From positions 29,902 through 93,901 of the IMG/VR virus record IMGVR_UViG_3300025015_000021: a stretch of DNA of 64,000 bases; one strand, given 5' to 3'. Shown in pieces: positions 49,378 through 56,986 of this stretch. The notes beneath the pieces were generated by a model. The model saw only the letters and a program-made list of their open reading frames with translations, was not told the DNA's origin and ran no database searches. The position numbers and the translations under genes are program-made. The DNA comes from a virus. Every line of letters starts with the position of its first letter. Positions within the stretch are counted from its first letter, which is position 1.

Positions 49378-49866
49378 TTATCCTGCTATATATCTGGCTT
49401 GCATTTTTGCCATAAAAGGTTCAACCAAATTGTTAATCTGTCCCCATACCCACTCATAAGTTCTCATAACAAAAGGATTAGGTGCATAATTTTTGCTGGC
49501 AATTCCAGCCGCAATAGCAAAAGCCAGCTTCTTGTTTCCAGTTGCCCCGTAATATGCGGCTACGCTCTCTACATTAGGCATTTTTCCTCCTGCTCCCCAT
49601 CCAGTTTCAATCGGCAGACTGTATCTGTTTCCTGGTCTTACGTTTTTAGCGGTAGGTTCGATAATTCTTGTGAATTGATTAGGCGATAAAACCATAATTT
49701 CAGATGACAAAAGTCCCGTTAGTCCTCTCGGTGCTTCCTGGCTCATTTTAGCCTGGGTATCTCTTGCCGCCATATCAAGCATCATTTCAGGGCGTGAAGC
49801 CTCCTGGGCTGTCCCTTTTAAGCCGTTTATTATTTCATTAACTCCTGTAAATCGTATATTTATCAT
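49378..49866 (-). CDS. HK97 gp10-like neck protein
   Basis: APRGLTGLL..I, Y..PIETG, PNPFVMR. Confidence 0.72.
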   Translation of the reverse strand: MINIRFTGVNEIINGLKGTAQEASRPEMMLDMAARDTQAKMSQEAPRGLTGLLSSEIMVLSPNQFTRIIEPTAKNVRPGNRYSLPIETGWGAGGKMPNVESVAAYYGATGNKKLAFAIAAGIASKNYAPNPFVMRTYEWVWGQINNLVEPFMAKMQARYIAG

Positions 49867-50195
49867 TCTGATGTCTCAAATTCTACTAATAATAGTTCAG
49901 TATGCGGGCTCAAATCTGGAGAATTCCAGTTGCTGCGTCCTTTCACCATCATTACTTCCCCTGTTTGTTGCATAACTAATTTGTCTCCTTCAAGTATCCC
50001 CGATGCTGTAGTAAATCCTATATAGGTTTGTCCAAATGTTCCTCCAGCCAGAATTGTATCTTCCGCATTTGCTGGCTGCCAATTAATTGCAATGTCTTGA
50101 AGAGGAGCATAGCTTTGATAAGATTCTTTATTAGAATCTGAACTATCCGTTTGAAGACGATACACATCACAAACTCTGTCTAGTATCAGGCTCAA
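49863..50195 (-). CDS. Head closure/stopper protein
   Basis: Position, size, ILEGDKL and HTELL. Confidence 0.7.
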   Translation of the reverse strand: MSLILDRVCDVYRLQTDSSDSNKESYQSYAPLQDIAINWQPANAEDTILAGGTFGQTYIGFTTASGILEGDKLVMQQTGEVMMVKGRSNWNSPDLSPHTELLLVEFETSE

Positions 50196-50230
50196 ATTAT
50201 CCTCCTATTTTGTTTATTATTTTTCATATC

Positions 50231-50905
50231 TCAGAACCAACCTGATGTTATTTTATACCTTTGAAGTATATTCTCAGCATCGGCTACAAATGGACTCTTT
50301 TCCCCGGCTCTTCTCTCAGCCCACCTTTTCATTACCCTTCCCTGCGTAATTGCTACCAGCCCTTCCTTATTAGCCTGTCTCATAAAATAATCTGCGGCAA
50401 TCATAGTCGTTGCAAGCTGAATATCTTTTGGGATTGTAGTATAACCTGCAATATAACTCATTTTAGTATAAAAACGGGAGTATTTAATTGCAGCAAAGCT
50501 TTGAATTGAATAAGAAGTAGATGAAATTTCCAGTTCATAACTCGGATAGACAATACAGTTATTCTGGACAGGTTTAATATATTTAGTGTTGCCATCACTA
50601 TCAGTTAGAGTTAAATCAAAAGAATTTGACCCTTTCCAGAGAGATAGAGCAGATATGGAATTGATTGGGCGTTTTCTGGGATAGACTACTAGATTTAAGT
50701 CCCCATCCACTCTGGCGTCGAGGGTCTCATTCGATATGGCTTCATTGTGGAGTCCCGAATTTGTCGTGAAACCGAGATAGTTATCTACATAGTTTTCAGC
50801 TGCAGATATCCAATCATCTATTTGAGTCGAAAAACTCGCATCTATGCTGACAAGTAATAGATTCTCGAGCTGGGTTTCGCTACTATAGGACTTCTGAGAT
50901 GAAAT
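50231..50905 (-). CDS. Head-tail adaptor (gp6/gp15-like)
   Basis: Frame is open up to ATT at 50905 after AAGGAGG, adding WISAAENYVDNYLG; C-terminal YIAGYTTIPKDIQLA. Confidence 0.8.
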   Translation of the reverse strand: MSSQKSYSSETQLENLLLVSIDASFSTQIDDWISAAENYVDNYLGFTTNSGLHNEAISNETLDARVDGDLNLVVYPRKRPINSISALSLWKGSNSFDLTLTDSDGNTKYIKPVQNNCIVYPSYELEISSTSYSIQSFAAIKYSRFYTKMSYIAGYTTIPKDIQLATTMIAADYFMRQANKEGLVAITQGRVMKRWAERRAGEKSPFVADAENILQRYKITSGWF

Positions 50906-50920
50906 TTTAACATCCTCCTT

Positions 50921-51805
50921 TCAATTTAATCTTAAACTATTAACTAATCCTTTAACATTTTTATTAATATCTTTTCCATTCCATCGAACAAGTTGATATC
51001 CACAAGCTTTTAAATAAGCATTTTCTGCTTTATCTTTCTTTTTTGATGCTTCAAAACTATGCCAATATTCTCCATCACATTCAATAATTAAATTTAAGCT
51101 GGGAATATAAGCATCTACTAGAAATTTTCCATTAATGAGCTTTTGAGTTTCAAATAATATTCCTCTTTGTTTAAGTTCATCATAAACTTTCTTTTCAATA
51201 GAAGTGGGACCTTTCATTTCTCCTAATGCTTTTCTTCCCATAATTGCTACTTCTATTCTTTTTTCTTTTGGTACTAATTTATTTCTTTTAATTAATCTTT
51301 TTGAATTTATTTTGCTGTAACAATTAAAACATCTATTATTGGTATAAAAAATTTCTTTTCCACAATCTATACATTTAGGTTTTCCTCCTGTCCAATTAGC
51401 ATTTTTCTCTCCAGTTCTTAATTTTGCTTTTGCACCAATTTTTTTCCTAGTTTGTTCAGAAACACTATGTCCTATTAAAGTTTTACTGGTTTGTGGTCTT
51501 ACCCCTTTTAAATTCTCTGTCCCATTTTTTTTATAATGTGCTAAAACTGACTTTTTTATTCTGTCCTTAAATTCATCCGAAAGTTTGACTCCATATCTGG
51601 GATTGTTTTTCCCAGACAGAGACATACTCATATTTTTTTTATATTCTTCATTATGAGTTTTGCCTGACCAATATCCAGTTTTCCCTTTTGATTTTTTACC
51701 ATAACATTGCATAGAGCAATATTTAACTTGTTTTCTTGAAGGAGAAACTCTAAATTTTTTATGACAATTTTTACAAATAACATTCATAAATTTATTTTCT
51801 AGCAT
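50921..51805 (-). CDS. NUMOD3-containing endonuclease with Vsr/DUF559-like domain
   Basis: NPRYGVKLS, SEQTRKKI; PTSIE..FETQ..VDAY..IIECDGEYWH..KDKAENAYL..GY.LVR. Confidence 0.85.
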   Translation of the reverse strand: MLENKFMNVICKNCHKKFRVSPSRKQVKYCSMQCYGKKSKGKTGYWSGKTHNEEYKKNMSMSLSGKNNPRYGVKLSDEFKDRIKKSVLAHYKKNGTENLKGVRPQTSKTLIGHSVSEQTRKKIGAKAKLRTGEKNANWTGGKPKCIDCGKEIFYTNNRCFNCYSKINSKRLIKRNKLVPKEKRIEVAIMGRKALGEMKGPTSIEKKVYDELKQRGILFETQKLINGKFLVDAYIPSLNLIIECDGEYWHSFEASKKKDKAENAYLKACGYQLVRWNGKDINKNVKGLVNSLRLN

Positions 51806-51913
51806 TATTGCCTTTCTATCTTCACCCCTAGTAGAAAGGCTACTAGAGGCGAAGAATAATGCTTACTTATTTTGAGCAGTATTATTACTCAAAATTCAAC
51901 GATTAGATTATGT

Positions 51914-52933
51914 TTATAATCCCGTCGTTAATTCCATCTGAAAAGGCTCTCCAATGACTTTCAACACTGGTGCTTCCAAAATAAAGCTAACATAAGAGAA
52001 TGATGTCGATGGGACATCAACTCTTGACATTGGAATAAGTTCATCGACTTCTATCCAATTCTCTCCCGCTGGCGATTTCTCCGTTAAGAGAAGTGCACCA
52101 AATCCTACAAACCTTGACGGTTTAACATCAAAAATTGACTGAGTTACAGGATTTACCAGTCTTGCCAAAGCAAAACCGCCTGTTACTCCAGACACTTCCT
52201 GCTGTTGGATAATCCTTTGCTGGATTGTTCCAGAACTCGAAAGGTCATCAGCCAAAGCCTGAAGTTGCAGTGCAGATGCTATAAGGATTGTTGGGTCTCC
52301 CCCTCTGGAAAAAAGTGTTCGACAGTTTGCACCAATTCCTGATGCGGTCAAATATCCAGTGTAATTACCAGAATTGGTAGTTATCTGTTTATTTAATCCG
52401 TCAAACTCCAAAGAAGAGTTCGCAGTATCTCCTGCGATAAACAACTCTTCCTCACCCAGCATTACCTCATACATCTTGACTCTTTCACGGTCTGTCTGCA
52501 TATCAGGCTGACCGTCTCGGGCTTTTGATGCTGCTAATGCCAGTCCTCCGACTTCAAGCTTCCTACCTAAAAGTTTGTAGGGTGCCGAAGCCAAAGAATA
52601 GGTCTGAGAAGTTTCGTTGGGTGCTCCCGCATCGGCAAAAGCTATTTGTGTAGCCGTGCCTGCCGGAACATTACCTGTCGGATGCATCCTTGAATGAATC
52701 GCAGATGTCATCCTCTTCCACTCCGCCATTTGTCCTTTTCCTTTAACCCTTGGAAATCTATTTCTCAAAGGAGTATCTATAGGAACGAGAAACTTGATTT
52801 TCTCATCCAGATTCTCAGGAGAGAATATAGACCTTGTGGTCGGGGAAAAAGTATAAGTAGAAGTCGTTTCCGCCGCCTTCATTAACTGATCTTTAATTTG
52901 CTGTAAAGCTTCATCTATTACATTACTTGCCAT
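51914..52933 (-). CDS. Major capsid protein (HK97 fold)
   Basis: ENLD..IK.L...DTPLRNRFPR, EEELFIAGD...EFDGL; follows protease and scaffold, precedes the adaptor. Confidence 0.88.
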   Translation of the reverse strand: MASNVIDEALQQIKDQLMKAAETTSTYTFSPTTRSIFSPENLDEKIKFLVPIDTPLRNRFPRVKGKGQMAEWKRMTSAIHSRMHPTGNVPAGTATQIAFADAGAPNETSQTYSLASAPYKLLGRKLEVGGLALAASKARDGQPDMQTDRERVKMYEVMLGEEELFIAGDTANSSLEFDGLNKQITTNSGNYTGYLTASGIGANCRTLFSRGGDPTILIASALQLQALADDLSSSGTIQQRIIQQQEVSGVTGGFALARLVNPVTQSIFDVKPSRFVGFGALLLTEKSPAGENWIEVDELIPMSRVDVPSTSFSYVSFILEAPVLKVIGEPFQMELTTGL

Positions 52934-53060
52934 AATTTATCTCACCCCCTTCCATAATAGGATATTCCCAGATACCATTTGATATCTGGTTAATTAGATT
53001 TTTCAGATGAACCTAATTCACCTCTAAAGAAAATCTATAAACTCCTTGTTTGACTTGGTT

Positions 53061-54338
53061 CTAAGCCCCAGCTTCTTTAAGCTGATCCCTCTCAGCCATT
53101 AAGCTAAAGGCTTTTTCCCATTTCTTTTCCTTTTGGAACTTGTCCATATCGGACTTTTTCATCTCCTCAAGATCGGTCAACTCCTTGTTTATTTCCTCAA
53201 GACGCTGTTGATTCGGACTTATAACGTTTCCGCCTTTGGTCACTACTTGAGCAGATACCACCTTTGAAGGTGCAGGCTGTTCCTCTATTGTTTTTATGCG
53301 AGTTTCCAAAGCTTCAAGCTTTTCATTGAGGGCTTTTTCAAGCTTTTCAATCTGGCCTGGAACTTTTTGGACTATTGCATAAACTTTCGAAACTTCCGCC
53401 CCTTCTAGTGAAGCACCTTCTGTTCCACCCTCATCAGGTGTAACAGGTGCTGAGTCTGACTCAGCTGATACTGTGTCCTCTACAACCGCATTCTCTGCAG
53501 GTTCTTCAGGAGCTGCTTCTTCAGAAGCTGCCCCTTCAGCAGAAGCGGATTCCCCCTCTTGTGGGTCATCCTGTTTCTTTAGGGATTCTTCAAGTTTTTG
53601 AATTTTGTCAAGAACCTGTTTTACCAAGTCTGTTACTTTATCACTGGCAGCTACTTCTTCAGTAGCTTCATCTTTTGCTTCCTCGGCTGGTGCTTCTCCC
53701 TCAGTAGCAACAGCTTCCTCGGTTGTCTCTTCTTTAGTTTCCTCAGCCACTTCTTCCTCTTTTACTTCAGGAGCAGCTTCCTCGGTTACTTTTATTTCAG
53801 CAGTTTCTTCAGCTACTTCTTCTTTAGGTTCTTCATCTTGTTTTTTTACTGTTTTTTTTGTCATGTTTTCACCTCCTTCCACTTTCCCGCCAATTTCAAT
53901 TCCTACCTGCTTAGCCGCAGCCACGAGCTTTGTCCGTGCAGAGGCTTTAGCAGAAGCGGGAATATCGGTTTGATTGAGTCTAGCAAGTGCATTCCTTACA
54001 TGAGCAGGGTCTATTTTTCCATTAGCGTCTTTATAAGGAAGATGACGTTTGCTTCGTGGAATAGTCTTGTTTTCTTTATCCTTTTTCCCATGTTCAACAT
54101 ATGCGAAACTTGAGTCGGGGAAATTATTGATAATAGCAGTACTCCATACACTTTTATTTATATCACTCATATCTATTTTTTTGTTTCCCATAATTGATGA
54201 ATGGCAAATAGCAATGGAATGAGATTTTCTTTCTTTATGATTAGGATATTTTGACTGCATCTTTGGATCAACCATTAAGTCAGAAATGCAATTTTCCATG
54301 TCCTTAATTTTAGACTGTGGGATACCTGGGTACGGGAT
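53061..54338 (-). CDS. Capsid scaffold-like protein (N-terminal globular domain plus acidic coiled coil)
   Basis: FPDSSFAY..RHLPY....HVRNALARLNQT domain, Glu/Ala-rich linker, C-terminal coiled coil; SD-spaced start is ATC at 54338. Confidence 0.72.
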   Translation of the reverse strand: MPYPGIPQSKIKDMENCISDLMVDPKMQSKYPNHKERKSHSIAICHSSIMGNKKIDMSDINKSVWSTAIINNFPDSSFAYVEHGKKDKENKTIPRSKRHLPYKDANGKIDPAHVRNALARLNQTDIPASAKASARTKLVAAAKQVGIEIGGKVEGGENMTKKTVKKQDEEPKEEVAEETAEIKVTEEAAPEVKEEEVAEETKEETTEEAVATEGEAPAEEAKDEATEEVAASDKVTDLVKQVLDKIQKLEESLKKQDDPQEGESASAEGAASEEAAPEEPAENAVVEDTVSAESDSAPVTPDEGGTEGASLEGAEVSKVYAIVQKVPGQIEKLEKALNEKLEALETRIKTIEEQPAPSKVVSAQVVTKGGNVISPNQQRLEEINKELTDLEEMKKSDMDKFQKEKKWEKAFSLMAERDQLKEAGA

Positions 54339-54368
54339 TTTAATATCCTCCTTTCATATTTTTAACCA

Positions 54369-54399
54369 AAAAAAATGCGGCTACTTTCGTAGTCCGCAC
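54369..54399 (-). terminator. Intrinsic terminator between a promoter and the scaffold/capsid genes
   Basis: Minus strand TGCGGACTAC-GAAA-GTAGCCGCA followed by a T-run; promoter TTGATT-17-TATAAT at 54443-54471. Confidence 0.72.
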
Positions 54400-54538
54400 T
54401 GATTCCAACACTTAATTGTTGGAATTACAATACCTAATAGGGATTATAAAACACACAATACAAAAAATCAATAGGCAAAATATAATTAATAGGGAGTGAG
54501 CTTGACAAAGCTAAACTAGCTTTGATATAATTTTAGAA

Positions 54539-54664
54539 ATGCCATATAAGGAAAAGATTGACTTACAAAAACATAATAAAAAATATTATAGAAAGAACCG
54601 TAAAAAGATTCTTCTAAAACAGAAATTGTCTATAGAAAAAAGGAGAAAAAATTGGAGGGTATAG
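54539..54664 (+). pseudogene. Basic remnant resembling an HNH endonuclease N-terminus, with its own promoter
   Basis: MPYKEKIDLQKHNKKYYRKNRKKI...; TTGACA-18-TATAAT at 54502-54531; no catalytic domain follows. Confidence 0.5.
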
Positions 54665-54746
54665 TATCAAAAGAAAAAAGACCAGATAAGAAAAGGAAAA
54701 ATTAAATCAGGTCAAATATATAAATCCCGATTTAATCAGGATAAGC

Positions 54747-55073
54747 CTAAAGTGGCTTTTTCTCATCGGGTAAAGTAGTTACTTGATTTGTGAAACTAAT
54801 GGATTTAATTTCTGTAGTTGTTGGAGTAGATATCTGACCTTCTGATGCAGAAAAAACAGAACGGAATGTAGGAGTTACCGTATAAGTTTCTGTTGTTCTG
54901 CCCTATCTAGTGTCTGCACCATCAATAATTACCTCTGGAGTTGGCTCTGGAGGGGTATCATCCGATATTCCCTCTACCTCTTCTGCTACAGGGGTTTCTT
55001 CAACTGGAGTTTCATCAGGAACAGGTCCTGGAAACTCCTCTTCCGGCAATGGCATTTCATTCTTCTTTGGCAT
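54747..55073 (-). CDS. Pro/Glu-rich small protein; frame continues past one in-frame TAG (54903-54905)
   Basis: MPKKNEMPLPEEE...DTR*GRTTETYTVT...KKPL; AGGTGA SD. Confidence 0.5.
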
Positions 55074-55083
55074 AATTTATCAC

Positions 55084-55929
55084 CTAGCCTAAAACTTTCT
55101 TCAAGTCCTCAAAATATCCTGGTGTCCAAGTAGTATTAACATATAGCTTAATATCTTTCTTTTTGTTATCATTATCTTTTAAATCTTTAATAGTTGTAAA
55201 CTTGTTTAATTCTTCAAAATCAATTCCATAAAGAATTTTATCAAATGTTTTTTTATCCTCACCGCTTAAGACTTTAACTGCTAATTTCTTCAAGGCAGTC
55301 AAAGCAGTTGATAATTCAATGGTTGATCGACCTTCAGACTGAAATATGTTTAGCATCATTCTTATGTCTCTTGCCAGATCAAGAAGATGACCGGCATCCT
55401 GTACCGAGTAATTCTGATTGTGGGGCGGTTTTGGCATCATCATATCCACCCCCTGCTTGTCAATTACTTTTCCCTTATCGTCAATTTTTACCATTGCAAA
55501 TACAGCATCGGGATTAGCAGGTCTGTCAACCAGAGAAATCTCAGAAAGTTTTAAATCTTTAATTCTGTTTCCCACTTGTTTTATTATTTTACCACCAATA
55601 GAGAATCCTGCATAGACCCCTTCTTTTACTTTTTCCCATGCATCCTTATCAACCACTTTTCCTTCAATCCAGAGTCCTTTGTCATCTACTTTTGCCTTCA
55701 TTGTTTTGCCAACAGCTGACATTTGGTGCATCTCTCTCAAGCCCCCCAGTTTATAGCGGTTTTTCTCTTGGTCAAATTCTCCTAAATATCCAGGTAATGC
55801 TCTTTCTATTGCATCTTTTTCTACTATTTCCCCCTGTGAATCCAGAGCCTCGGAAGAGGCATAGCCACTTACAGTTTTCTTTTCTTCGTCTTTCTTTGTA
55901 AATTCTATAAAACGTCTAAAATCATTCAT
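55084..55929 (-). CDS. Prohead protease (XkdF-like, HK97 family)
   Basis: VSGYASSE.LDSQGE, LREMHQ.SAVGK, AWEKVKEGVYAGFSIGG, EISLVDRPANP. Confidence 0.92.
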   Translation of the reverse strand: MNDFRRFIEFTKKDEEKKTVSGYASSEALDSQGEIVEKDAIERALPGYLGEFDQEKNRYKLGGLREMHQMSAVGKTMKAKVDDKGLWIEGKVVDKDAWEKVKEGVYAGFSIGGKIIKQVGNRIKDLKLSEISLVDRPANPDAVFAMVKIDDKGKVIDKQGVDMMMPKPPHNQNYSVQDAGHLLDLARDIRMMLNIFQSEGRSTIELSTALTALKKLAVKVLSGEDKKTFDKILYGIDFEELNKFTTIKDLKDNDNKKKDIKLYVNTTWTPGYFEDLKKVLG

Positions 55930-55931
55930 AT

Positions 55932-56864
55932 TTATCCTAAAGTTGTACTAGTTGATGTACTGGTTGTCGTGCTGGTACTTGTTGTTGTTGATTGAGATGT
56001 TGATGTACTCGTGCTTTGGGTTGTAGATGTTGACTGAGTAGTTGAGCTGCTGGTAGTAGTTGAACTTGTGGAAGTTGATTTTGTAGTAGAAGTTGATTGA
56101 GTCGTAGAACTACTTGTTGTTGTACTACTGGTTGATGTAGAAGTACTTTGTGTCGTACTGGTAGATTGACTTGTTGTTGTACTGCTTGTAGAAGTTGATG
56201 TAGAAGTACTTTGTGTCGTACTGGTAGATTGAGTAGTAGAAGTACTCTGTGTTGTAGAGCTACTTGTAGTTGTAGACGAAGTTGATGTAGATTGAGATGT
56301 TGAACTTGAAGTAGTCGTACTGCTAGTTGATGTAGAAATAGAAGTACTGGTTGATTGGGAAGTTGAGGTGCTGGTTGTTACAGTAGTAGAAGTACTGCTT
56401 GAAGTAGTAGTGCTTGAAGTAGTGGTTGAGGTTGAAGTTGTAGTAGTCTCCCCAGAAAGTCCATAGACTATTCTCATTCCATATTGTATTCCAGCACCGC
56501 CGGCACAAGTTACGTTTATTTCATCTCCCTGTCCAAACCATAAGTCCTGAGCAGGAATAAAAAGAAAGCCTGTGTCACCTGCAGATAAAGTTTGTGTTTC
56601 AAGTGTTACATTATATTGACTTCCAAGTCTTGAAACAAGAGTAACAGTTACGGGTTGAGTTGGAGTTGAGGCAAATTTAACAGAAATATGATTAAGCCTG
56701 AAGGAGCCATCTATATTAGTGGTATAATTAATATTACCTGTTCCTGTTTGGTCATCTTCCTTAAAATCAGGACCTGCTTCAACACGCTGTTTTCCTCCTC
56801 TGGTAACAGTTGCGGTTCTTCCTAATCCTGTATATTCTTCCTGAAATTGATAGTTAACTGCCAC
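55932..56864 (-). CDS. Putative virion protein: beta-sandwich domain plus 169-aa C-terminal Ser/Thr tract
   Basis: S/T tract at 55941-56447; no signal peptide; located in the head module. Confidence 0.75.
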   Translation of the reverse strand: MAVNYQFQEEYTGLGRTATVTRGGKQRVEAGPDFKEDDQTGTGNINYTTNIDGSFRLNHISVKFASTPTQPVTVTLVSRLGSQYNVTLETQTLSAGDTGFLFIPAQDLWFGQGDEINVTCAGGAGIQYGMRIVYGLSGETTTTSTSTTTSSTTTSSSTSTTVTTSTSTSQSTSTSISTSTSSTTTSSSTSQSTSTSSTTTSSSTTQSTSTTQSTSTTQSTSTSTSTSSTTTSQSTSTTQSTSTSTSSTTTSSSTTQSTSTTKSTSTSSTTTSSSTTQSTSTTQSTSTSTSQSTTTSTSTTTSTSTSTTLG

Positions 56865-56886
56865 TAATTTATTCCTTTCATATCAC

Positions 56887-56916
56887 AAAAAAACCACCCA
56901 GCTTTCGCTAGATGGT
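56887..56916 (-). terminator. Intrinsic terminator just upstream of the 55932-56864 gene
   Basis: Minus strand ACCATCTAGC-GAAA-GCTGGGTGGT followed by a T-run; promoter TTGACA-17-TACTAT at 56944-56972. Confidence 0.7.
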
Positions 56917-56986
56917 ATAGTTCATTAACTTACCCTACTGTAGATAGTATAACAATAATATAGTTCTGTCAAGCCCCAAAATAGCC

